From Spirochaetia bacterium (GTDB taxonomy: Bacteria; Spirochaetota; Spirochaetia; UBA9216): DNA of 64,000 bases. The position numbers were made by a program, and so were the translations under genes. Positions 1 through 8,247 of the stretch are shown piece by piece. Below the pieces are notes generated by a model. The model was not told the origin of the DNA. It was given only the letters and a program-made list of their open reading frames with translations, and searched no databases. The DNA is taken from contig OY776510.1 in the NCBI GenBank assembly GCA_963675665.1, positions 1,632,001 to 1,696,000 of the forward strand, in the 5' to 3' direction. Every line of letters begins with the position of its first letter. Within the stretch, counting starts at the first letter, position 1.

Positions 1-281
1 TTCCCTCCGGTGCCGGTTCTTTTCTTGAATTGCTGACTGCTGAAAAAATATACGGACGCACCTCGGTAATAAGCAGCGCCTATTTCCGCTCTGCCGCATC
101 GGGAGGGATCTTTTCGCTGTTTGAAGATGCCGCCGCCGCAATGGCTTCAGCCCCGGAAACAGGAAGATCGAATGAGGCGGTAAAGTTCCTGCTGGCGGTA
201 GGAAGCGAATCGGGAGCGAATATCCTGGCAGGGCTTCTTATGGGCCTGCTGTTTATCACTGGACTTCCTGTAATTTCATAG
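1..281 (+). CDS. DUF2877-family protein (YlbF/YahE/AllH-like), 5'-truncated by the window edge
   Basis: Frame is open from position 3. RTSVISSAYFRSAASG and C-terminal LLAVGSESGANILAG resemble DUF2877 motifs, and FdrA and DUF1116 genes lie just downstream. Confidence 0.65.
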   Translation, partial: PSGAGSFLELLTAEKIYGRTSVISSAYFRSAASGGIFSLFEDAAAAMASAPETGRSNEAVKFLLAVGSESGANILAGLLMGLLFITGLPVIS

Positions 282-284
282 TGT

Positions 285-331
285 TGTATCATAATCTTAC
301 ATATTGCGACACTTTGTAGCAAAATGAGACA
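285..331 (+). promoter_or_regulatory. Two TGT-N11-ACA boxes, putative enhancer sites for a sigma54 activator
   Basis: tgtatcataatcttaca (285-301) and tgtagcaaaatgagaca (315-331), 30 bp apart and about 130-170 bp upstream of a -24/-12 element. Confidence 0.5.
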
Positions 332-458
332 CAATAATAACATAATCGTTTACTAAAAGCCGTTCTCTCGGCGCCGGACAGCCCTTTTTTCGGGCAAAAC
401 ACTCCGAAACCGGCTGATTTTTCGCTGAAATGACGAATATACCGCATTCTCCGGTAAT

Positions 459-474
459 TGGCACAATTTCTGCA
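459..474 (+). promoter_or_regulatory. Sigma54 (-24/-12) promoter
   Basis: TGGCAC-AATTT-CTGCA with GG-N10-GC spacing, upstream of the GAGGAGG RBS and ATG at 501. Confidence 0.7.
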
Positions 475-500
475 ATAAGTATAGCCGAGGAGGAAGCTTT

Positions 501-1361
501 ATGGTTAACAGCTCGCAAATTCAACAGCTCAAAGACTCCGCGAGAATTATGCGTGAGAACATACTGAGATTATCGACCAAGACTCTTATCCATATCGGAG
601 GAGATCTCTCGATGGCTGATATGCTTACAGCTCTTTATCTTTACAAGATAAAAAAGGATACATCGAACCATAAATGGCCTGAAAGAGACAGGTTTGTTCT
701 GAGTAAGGGCCATGGTGCGGGTTGCCTCTATGTGGCAATGGCAATGGCCGGGTACGGGGATCTTGACGAGATTTATGATACATACGGTCAGCTGCACAGC
801 CGTTACGGGATGCATCCCTGCAAGAACCAGAATCCCGGAATGGAGGTTTCGTCGGGCTCGCTGGGGCACGGAACGGCTCTATGCTCCGGAATGGCAATGG
901 CCGCCAAACGAAGGGGCGACAGTCACTATGTTTTTACATTGATGGGCGACGGGGAATGTTATGAAGGGTCTGTATGGGAAGGGGCAACGCTTGCTTCTCA
1001 TTACAAACTCGGAAATCTCGTGGCGCTGATCGACAGGAACAAGTGCAGTCTCAATGCCCACACCGAAGACGAAACCCAGGGCGTCAAGCTTGAACCCTTT
1101 GCGGACAAGTGGAAGGCCTTCGGGTGGAATGTTATGGAGATAGACGGTCATGACATGGAACAGATAATCGGGGCTCTTGATTCGCTTCCGGACCCCTATT
1201 CGGATATCCCGACCGTAATAATTGCTCATACAGTTAAAGGAAAAGGTGTTTCTTTTCTTGAAGACCAGGTTAACTGGCATCATGGAGTGCTCAACGAGGA
1301 GCAGCTTGCACAGGCTCTGGAGGAGCTTCGGGTTGAAGAACCGGTAAAGGGGGGGATGTAA
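501..1361 (+). CDS. Transketolase-like protein, N-terminal TPP-binding subunit
   Basis: DRFVLSKGH, SSGSLGHG, GDGECYEG TPP motif and TVKGKG; strong RBS. Confidence 0.9.
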   Translation: MVNSSQIQQLKDSARIMRENILRLSTKTLIHIGGDLSMADMLTALYLYKIKKDTSNHKWPERDRFVLSKGHGAGCLYVAMAMAGYGDLDEIYDTYGQLHSRYGMHPCKNQNPGMEVSSGSLGHGTALCSGMAMAAKRRGDSHYVFTLMGDGECYEGSVWEGATLASHYKLGNLVALIDRNKCSLNAHTEDETQGVKLEPFADKWKAFGWNVMEIDGHDMEQIIGALDSLPDPYSDIPTVIIAHTVKGKGVSFLEDQVNWHHGVLNEEQLAQALEELRVEEPVKGGM

Positions 1362-1365
1362 TTCC

Positions 1366-2313
1366 ATGGAAACTTATGCTTTCAAAGAAGAATTGAGATC
1401 AGCACGGCCTATGCTTGATGAAGCGATGCAGGAATACGTCGTTAAGAACAGGGAATTCTGCCTGGTTTCTCCGGATGTATCCAGGGCCGGCATGCCCGAG
1501 TTTATCCGGAAATTCCCGGAACATCATTTCAATGTCGGAATAGCTGAACAGGCGTCAATAGATTTTGCCGCCGGTATGGCTCTCGAAGGCCGGCTGCCTT
1601 TTGTGTACGGAATGTCGGTGTTTATGAGTATGCGCTCATGCGAGAATATCAGGACGAATGTATGCTACCAGCGCGCCAATGTGAAGATAATCGGAAACAA
1701 CACCGGGCTGGCGGGCGGCGGAGGTTCAACCCATTATGCAATGGAAGACCTGGGAATTGTCAGGAATTTCCCGGGGATAACCCTGATTGCGCCCGGAGAT
1801 CCGGACCAGGCGGTAAAGGCTTTTTATGCGTCCGTCGAGCACCAGGGCCCGGTTTACATACGTCTTGCAAACGGACGGAATGAGCCGGCGGTATACAGGG
1901 AAGATTACGAATTTAAAATCGGTCGAGGTATTACCGTCAAGGAAGGTTCCGATGCGGCAATAATCGCCTGCGGAATCATGGTTTCCTACGCGGTAGAAGC
2001 CGCCCGGCTGCTTGCCGAAGAAGGAATATCCGTAACGGTTGTAGATATGCATACACTCAAGCCGCTTGATAAGGAACTGGTTTACTCGGTGGCTGAAAAG
2101 ACCGGCAGGATTGTAACGCTCGAGGATCATTCAGTAATCGGCGGACTCGGAAGCGCGGTTGCCGAGGCTCTGGCTGAATCCGGAGTTTCCTGCAGGTTTA
2201 AACGTCTCGGTATTCCTAACACCTTTCCGGGTTTCGGCTCTTTTGAAGACCTTCAGGACGAGCATGGTTACGGCATCTCCGCTGTAATCAGTCAGATAAA
2301 GAAGATGCTGTAG
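1366..2313 (+). CDS. Transketolase-like protein, C-terminal (pyrimidine-binding) subunit
   Basis: FNVGIAEQ, GPVYIR, TLKPLD and EDHSVIGGLGSAV motifs. Confidence 0.9.
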   Translation: METYAFKEELRSARPMLDEAMQEYVVKNREFCLVSPDVSRAGMPEFIRKFPEHHFNVGIAEQASIDFAAGMALEGRLPFVYGMSVFMSMRSCENIRTNVCYQRANVKIIGNNTGLAGGGGSTHYAMEDLGIVRNFPGITLIAPGDPDQAVKAFYASVEHQGPVYIRLANGRNEPAVYREDYEFKIGRGITVKEGSDAAIIACGIMVSYAVEAARLLAEEGISVTVVDMHTLKPLDKELVYSVAEKTGRIVTLEDHSVIGGLGSAVAEALAESGVSCRFKRLGIPNTFPGFGSFEDLQDEHGYGISAVISQIKKML

Positions 2314-2331
2314 AAAGGGGAGAAGCATATT

Positions 2332-3885
2332 TTGATACGGACTATTATTCAGCAAAACAGATATATGGACTCCATCTTTCTTATGAACGCCACCAGGGAC
2401 GTGATGAACATCGAAGGTGTGAAAAACGCGGTACTGGTAATGGGCACGGAGATGAACAAGACTGTACTGGATGAATTCGGCGGTCTGACCGAAGAAGCTG
2501 TCCGTGCGTCGGCCAATGACCTTGTCGTTGCCGTGGATATTTCCGGCGAAGATGTTTTAAGCAGGGCCAATGATGTTCTCAAAGGTCTGCAGGTAGAGTC
2601 CCGCGGTTCCGGCGGGGCTGCAGCGGAATATGCCACGCTGAATATGGCTTCCGAAGCCGTACCGGATGCAAGCCTGGCCGTAATATCGGTGCCGGGTGAA
2701 TTCGCGGGGCAGGAGGCAAAAGACGCCCTGATGAAGGGTATGAACGTATTCATCTTCAGCGACAATGTTCCGGTTGAAGAAGAGGTCGAACTTAAAAAGC
2801 TTGCGGAAGAAAAGGACCTGTGGGTCATGGGCCCCGGCTGCGGAACGGCAATTATCGATAATATTTCGCTCGGAGTGGTCAGCAAGGTCAGAAAAGGCGG
2901 AATCGGTATCGTCGGCGCCAGCGGCAGCGGCATTCATGAAATAGCAATCCTGATTCACCGTTACGGGCTCGGAATTTCGCAGGCAATAGGCACAGGCGGC
3001 AAGGATATCTCCGGGCAGGTCGGCGGCTCGACAATGATCAGGGGATTGAGGTTTCTTGAGAAGGACCCTGAAACTGAAGTGATTGTTCTTGTATCAAAAC
3101 CCCCGCATCCTGAAACTATTAAAAAGGTACTGGCTGAGGTCGCGTCCTGTCGCAAGCCTGTCGTGATTTTTTTCCTCGGGGGGGACCCTGAAGACATCAT
3201 AAAAGCCGGGGCTGTATGTGCCGCCTCTCTTGAAGATGCGGCGGAAACTGCCGCGGCCATAGCCGGCGGCGGCAGGGCGGGCAACCCGGCGTACCTTGAA
3301 AACTGCAGGGCGGAACTGAAAGGTCTTGCCGGGGCTGAGAAAGCGAAGCTCGGATCGGAACAGAAATACCTTCGGGCCGTCTTCTGCGGGGGCACGCACA
3401 GTGAAGAGTCAGTGCTTCTGCTTCAGGACATGGTGCCGGATCTTCATTCCAACCTTGTTTTCGGAAAGGCCGGGAAACTGCCGGACAGAAATAAAAGTGT
3501 AGGTAATACCCTTGTCGATATGGGCGACGAGGAGTTCACCAGGGGCAAACCGCATCCTGTAATGGACCCGGCTATTCTCAACGAAAGGCTGATGCAGGAA
3601 GGGGCAGATCCCGGTACCGGAGTCATTCTGTTCGACCTGCTTTACGGGCACGGTATTCACAGGGACCCTGTCGGGACTATTGAAGATACCCTCAGGAAAA
3701 TCAGGGAGAAGACGGAACAGGAAGGCCGGTATATCAGCATTATAGCTTCGCTCTGCGGGACGGACCTGGACATTCAGAATGTAGAAAACCAGCGCAAGAG
3801 GCTCGAAGAACTCGGTGTAATCATAATGCCGAGCAATGCAAAGGCTTCAATTTTAAGCGGTATGATCATTGCCGGAGGAGCTTGA
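2332..3885 (+). CDS. fdrA: FdrA-family acyl-CoA synthetase-like protein (lacks the usual C-terminal tail)
   Basis: YMDSIFLM, ISVPGEFA, FSDNVP, MGPGCGTA, GTGGKD and DMGDEEFTRGKPHP motifs; TTG start after an AAGGGGAG RBS. Confidence 0.85.
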   Translation: MIRTIIQQNRYMDSIFLMNATRDVMNIEGVKNAVLVMGTEMNKTVLDEFGGLTEEAVRASANDLVVAVDISGEDVLSRANDVLKGLQVESRGSGGAAAEYATLNMASEAVPDASLAVISVPGEFAGQEAKDALMKGMNVFIFSDNVPVEEEVELKKLAEEKDLWVMGPGCGTAIIDNISLGVVSKVRKGGIGIVGASGSGIHEIAILIHRYGLGISQAIGTGGKDISGQVGGSTMIRGLRFLEKDPETEVIVLVSKPPHPETIKKVLAEVASCRKPVVIFFLGGDPEDIIKAGAVCAASLEDAAETAAAIAGGGRAGNPAYLENCRAELKGLAGAEKAKLGSEQKYLRAVFCGGTHSEESVLLLQDMVPDLHSNLVFGKAGKLPDRNKSVGNTLVDMGDEEFTRGKPHPVMDPAILNERLMQEGADPGTGVILFDLLYGHGIHRDPVGTIEDTLRKIREKTEQEGRYISIIASLCGTDLDIQNVENQRKRLEELGVIIMPSNAKASILSGMIIAGGA

Positions 3886-3888
3886 GGG

Positions 3889-4047
3889 ATGAGTAATAAT
3901 TTTTTCAACAGGAACATGGTCGTGATAAATATCGGGTTGAAATCTTTCGGCGAAGGAATACGTGAGCAGAATGTCAAGGTTGCGCAGGTTTCATGGAGAC
4001 CTGGTGTAAGCAAAGAAATAAGAAAGCTGCTGGGAAAGGTGTTGTAG
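3889..4047 (+). CDS. 52-aa FdrA C-terminal-domain protein (not in the ORF track)
   Basis: MSNNFFNRNMVVINIGLKSFGEGIREQNVKVAQVSWRPGVSKEIRKLLGKVL; VINIGLxxF...Q...W.P matches the FdrA C-terminal tail. GGAGGAG RBS upstream; the ORF fills the gap between its neighbours. Confidence 0.75.
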   Translation: MSNNFFNRNMVVINIGLKSFGEGIREQNVKVAQVSWRPGVSKEIRKLLGKVL

Positions 4048-4051
4048 GAAT

Positions 4052-5308
4052 ATGGCTGATATCAGGGAAAAGATCAATAAAGCTAACGCGGAAGCGCTCG
4101 AAAGTCTTCTCAAAGCGGAACCCCACTGGACCGGGATTAGGAAGGTAATCGATGCAGTTCCCGGAATGAAGCCGAACTATATTCTTTATTCGGGACCTCC
4201 GATAGAATTCGGAGATATGCTTCCTGTTCAGCAGAAGGGCATAATAAGCGGCGCGCTTCATGCCGGTCTTGCCGAGGAGCCGGATGAAGCAAGGCGGATG
4301 ATCGAAAACGGCGAGATTGAACCGCATTCGGCAAACGACTTTTACTGCGTCGGGGCCGGAGCCGGGATAATAACACCTAATATGGTGGTAAATATCTGCA
4401 CGGACGAAACAACAGGGCTGGAAGGCTACTGTATTCCGTTCGAAGGAAGAAACGGACTGGGAGCCTGGGGAAATTTTGATCCTGAGATTGAGAAGAATCT
4501 TATAGAAATAGAGGATTATTTTGCTCCCGCTGTTGATAAGGCACTTTCCGAAGGCGGAAGCATCAATGTTAAAAGCATCATAGCCAAAGGCATGCAGATG
4601 GGAGACGAAAGCCACACCAGGCAGATTGCATGCAGCCTTATTCTTATCGGAGAAATTGTTCCGAGGCTCTGGAAAGCCGGCCTTGATACTGAAACCGTCA
4701 ACAGGGTAACGGAAATGTTTCTGGGTACGGAAAGATGGTTTCACCCGCTCGGAATGGCCGGTTCGATGGCCTCAATCAGAAGCATAAAAGGGCTGGATTA
4801 CTGCACAATCGTCACCGCTATTGCACAGAACGGGGTTCTTACCGGTATCAAGGTTGCCGGTACCGGCGAGAAGTGGTACCTGGCTCCTGCTCCGGGGATG
4901 GACGGCCAGTTCTTTTCTTCAAAATGGGGACCTGAAAAGGCTGTTCCGTATATGGGCGACAGTACCGTAACGGAAGTCATGGGTATGGGAGCTTTTGCTG
5001 CCGCGGCCGCTCCGAATGTTCTGAGACTCCGCGGCGGCGGGTACCGGGAAGCAATTGCCCAGACCGAGGAACTTAAGAAAATCTGCGTGGGTGTAAATCG
5101 TAACTATCCGATACCCCTGCTTGATTTCACAGGCCCCGGGATAGGTATCGATATCAGAAAGGTAATTGATACAGGTATAACGCCTATATGTCACGGGGGA
5201 ATAATTTCCGCAGACGGCGGTCAGATCGGCGCAGGGGCGGCAAGGTTTCCGATGGAAGCCTATACCGAAGCGCTTACCGGATTTATTGAATATTACGGAA
5301 TTGAATAG
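4052..5308 (+). CDS. DUF1116-family protein (YlbE/YahG/AllG-like)
   Basis: ANAEAL, SGPPI, MGDESH and YMGDSTVTEVMGMG motifs; adjacent to fdrA. Confidence 0.85.
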   Translation: MADIREKINKANAEALESLLKAEPHWTGIRKVIDAVPGMKPNYILYSGPPIEFGDMLPVQQKGIISGALHAGLAEEPDEARRMIENGEIEPHSANDFYCVGAGAGIITPNMVVNICTDETTGLEGYCIPFEGRNGLGAWGNFDPEIEKNLIEIEDYFAPAVDKALSEGGSINVKSIIAKGMQMGDESHTRQIACSLILIGEIVPRLWKAGLDTETVNRVTEMFLGTERWFHPLGMAGSMASIRSIKGLDYCTIVTAIAQNGVLTGIKVAGTGEKWYLAPAPGMDGQFFSSKWGPEKAVPYMGDSTVTEVMGMGAFAAAAAPNVLRLRGGGYREAIAQTEELKKICVGVNRNYPIPLLDFTGPGIGIDIRKVIDTGITPICHGGIISADGGQIGAGAARFPMEAYTEALTGFIEYYGIE

Positions 5309-5327
5309 TTTTATCTATGGAGAGAAT

Positions 5328-6986
5328 ATGAGCGAGCAGAGCATTGTGTACAGTGACGTTCTCGTAATCGGCGGCGGGTTTGCCGGTCTGCGCGCGGCTG
5401 CGGCTGCGGTAAGAAAGGGGGCTGAAGTCGCATTAATCGAAAAGGGCCCGCGGGCCACCCCTGATATCATGGGTTTCAATGTCGCGGTTGAAAAAAACGA
5501 CAGCGTCGAGATTTATGAAGAGGATCTAAGGAAAAGCGCGTACAGAATCAGCAATGAAATACTGGAAACAATACTGGTGAACAATGCTTCCGGGGAAATG
5601 GAATTTCTAGAAAGCATCGGGTTCGTTTTCGACAGAAAGCCGGACGGTGATTACGATGTGCTGCATACACTTGGAAGCAAGCACCCGAGGCTGGTCCATT
5701 ACAAAGCCCTTACTGGGATAAATGCTTCAAAGTGTATGAAGAACGACTGTATCAAACGGGGCGTGGGTTTTCACCGGGGCATCTTTATTTTCAGCCTGCT
5801 CGAATCGGGCGGAAGAGTGACAGGGGCCGCAGGCATTAACCGGGAAAACGGTAAGGTTGTGTATTTTATCGCCAAGGCTGTTGTTCTTGCCACCGGGGGC
5901 TGCGGATCGGTTTATGAAAATACCACCTATCCCCGCGGAATAAACGGAGACGGTGTGGCCATGGTGTACCGGGCGGGCGGTGAAGTTATTGATATGGAGT
6001 TCCAGCAGTTTGAACCCTGCGCATTTATTCACCCTGAAGGGCTGAAGGGCAAGGTGATTCCTACTACCCTGCTCCGGAAGGGAGCTGAGCTGCGTAACGG
6101 TCTGAACGAGGACTTTATGCAGAATTACGGTCTTGAACGCAATTCCGTTCAGAAATACGGCCTGGCGCGGGCAATGGTTAATGAAGTCAGGGAAGGCCGG
6201 GGAACACCGCACGGCGGAATTTATTACGATGTTTCAATGATGCCCCGGAAAATGGTCGTCGAAGACCACGCTATTTTCTATGATCCTGCCGTGATCGTCG
6301 GCATCGATCTGACTAAGGTCCCGGCTGAAGTCATGCCTGCGGCCCATACATCACTGGGCGGCGTAAGGATTAATGACAGATGCGAAACAACTCTCAAGGG
6401 GCTTTTTGCCGCCGGAGAGGTTGCCGGGGGATTTTACGGGGCAAACAGGATCGGCGGGAGCGCCGGGATAGAAACCCTGGTTTTCGGGCATATCGCCGGA
6501 GAAAATGCGGCTGATTCTGCATCAGGGCGTTCTTATCCGGGTGAAAAAGAGGTCGCCGGCTGCACGGCAGAAACGGGATTATCGGGAATTAATACGGAAA
6601 CCGGTAACGGGAAAGCGGAAAACACTATAAGAGAAATCATTTCCGAATTGAGAAGAATCATGTCGCTGAAAGTCGGAATAGTAAGGAATGAAAGCGATCT
6701 GAAAAGTGCGGAAGCCGATGTGAATAAACTTTCAGACAGGCTCGCCGGTATTGAAACAACAGGTTTTAAAGACGCAATTCTCAGGAAGGAATGCAGCAAC
6801 ATGCTTGATATTTCAGAAATGATGATCGGTTCATCGCTTATCCGCAGAGAGAGCCGGGGCGTCTTTTTCCGTGAAGATTTTCCCTGTATAGACGACAGCC
6901 TGTGGCTGGGAAATATCAGCATCAGAAAATCGGGGAATAAGATGAAATTAGGGTTCACACCCAAAAAGATTGAGGCTGAGGTCTGA
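5328..6986 (+). CDS. FAD-dependent oxidoreductase, SdhA/FrdA/NadB family
   Basis: VLVIGGGFAGL, AVVLATGG, GLFAAGE, GANRIGG and RRESRG motifs; start moved to the ATG at 5328 after GGAGA. Confidence 0.8.
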   Translation: MSEQSIVYSDVLVIGGGFAGLRAAAAAVRKGAEVALIEKGPRATPDIMGFNVAVEKNDSVEIYEEDLRKSAYRISNEILETILVNNASGEMEFLESIGFVFDRKPDGDYDVLHTLGSKHPRLVHYKALTGINASKCMKNDCIKRGVGFHRGIFIFSLLESGGRVTGAAGINRENGKVVYFIAKAVVLATGGCGSVYENTTYPRGINGDGVAMVYRAGGEVIDMEFQQFEPCAFIHPEGLKGKVIPTTLLRKGAELRNGLNEDFMQNYGLERNSVQKYGLARAMVNEVREGRGTPHGGIYYDVSMMPRKMVVEDHAIFYDPAVIVGIDLTKVPAEVMPAAHTSLGGVRINDRCETTLKGLFAAGEVAGGFYGANRIGGSAGIETLVFGHIAGENAADSASGRSYPGEKEVAGCTAETGLSGINTETGNGKAENTIREIISELRRIMSLKVGIVRNESDLKSAEADVNKLSDRLAGIETTGFKDAILRKECSNMLDISEMMIGSSLIRRESRGVFFREDFPCIDDSLWLGNISIRKSGNKMKLGFTPKKIEAEV

Positions 6987-7025
6987 ACCCGGAAGCGGTC
7001 GGGAGCAGTTGAGGAGGAATATTTT

Positions 7026-8246
7026 ATGAAGGTATTGATCTGTAATGTCGGAAGTACATCGCTCAAATTTAAACTCTATGAGATGCCGGATGAGAATATT
7101 CTTGTGGACGCAAAAATCGAGCGGGTCGGCAGTACCGAGAATGCAATCTACGAGTACTGCAACCGAAGGGACGGGCAGGAGCTCCGGAAGGAGGGCAAAT
7201 CCGTTCCCAGGTACAGCGACGGAATAAACATGTTCCTGGCAAGCCTGCTGGATCCTTCATTAGGGGTTCTAGAATCGATTGATGAAATAGGTGTAATAGG
7301 TTTCAAGACGGTTCTTGCCAAGGATTTTTACGGGGTCCATGAACTGAGCAACGAGGTTCTCGAGGGGATGGAGGAATATCTTTTTGTGGCTCCGGCCCAT
7401 AACGGTCCCTACCTCGAGGCAATCAGGATGTTCAGAACCCTGCTTCCGAATATCATGCTTTTCGGGGTCTTTGAAACGGCATTTCATGAAACCATCCCCA
7501 TCGAGCGCAGGTTATATTCGCTTCCGTACGACTGGTACACCAAATACGGAATAATGCGGATGGGATACCACGGGGCTTCCCACAGTTATATATCAAGAAC
7601 GGTAACCGGCAATGAAGGAGGCACCGGCAGGCTGATCTGCTGCCATCTCGGCGGAAGCAGCTCCGTCTGCGCCGTGCTTAACGGTGAAAGCGTCGACAAC
7701 AGTTTCGGTTTTTCCCTGCAGACAGGGATTCCCCATGCCAGCCGCGCGGGAGATCTTGATTCGTATATTGTTCCCTTCCTGATGAATAACGGGATGGAGC
7801 TGGAAGAAATTATATACGGCATAAGTAAAAACGGAGGGCTTCTTGGGCTGTCGGGTGTCGACAAGGATATGCGTGAAATCCTTAATGCCGCGCGGGAAGG
7901 TAATTCCCGCGCCGGGCTTGCAGTAGATGTGTTCGTCTGCAGCATTGTGAGGTATATAGGAAGCTTCTACGCCGAGCTCGGAGGACTGGACCACCTGGTA
8001 TTTACCGGCGGAATCGGCGAGAATTCGCCGGAAATCAGGGAGCGGATATGCAGCGGCCTTGAGCATATGGGTATTGTTCTTGACCCGGAACTCAACAGTT
8101 CCGCCTGCGGTGCCGCAGTTGTTTCCGGCAGCGGTTCCGCCGTGAAGATCCAGGTTATTCCGACAAATGAAGAGATTGATATTGCCCGAAAATCATACGA
8201 TTTACTGGTTAAAAAAGGTGTCGGAGCCGGGGAGGTTAAAAGCTGA
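7026..8246 (+). CDS. Acetate/propionate kinase family protein (divergent)
   Basis: NVGSTSLK, GYHGASH, CHLG, FTGGIGENS and PTNEE motifs. Confidence 0.85.
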   Translation: MKVLICNVGSTSLKFKLYEMPDENILVDAKIERVGSTENAIYEYCNRRDGQELRKEGKSVPRYSDGINMFLASLLDPSLGVLESIDEIGVIGFKTVLAKDFYGVHELSNEVLEGMEEYLFVAPAHNGPYLEAIRMFRTLLPNIMLFGVFETAFHETIPIERRLYSLPYDWYTKYGIMRMGYHGASHSYISRTVTGNEGGTGRLICCHLGGSSSVCAVLNGESVDNSFGFSLQTGIPHASRAGDLDSYIVPFLMNNGMELEEIIYGISKNGGLLGLSGVDKDMREILNAAREGNSRAGLAVDVFVCSIVRYIGSFYAELGGLDHLVFTGGIGENSPEIRERICSGLEHMGIVLDPELNSSACGAAVVSGSGSAVKIQVIPTNEEIDIARKSYDLLVKKGVGAGEVKS

Positions 8247-8247
8247 T

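Noticed and set aside
3974-4744. Long antisense ORFs (also 2349-2933, 13555-14187, 21730-22431, 41461-42018)
   Set aside because: Shadows of well-supported genes on the opposite strand.
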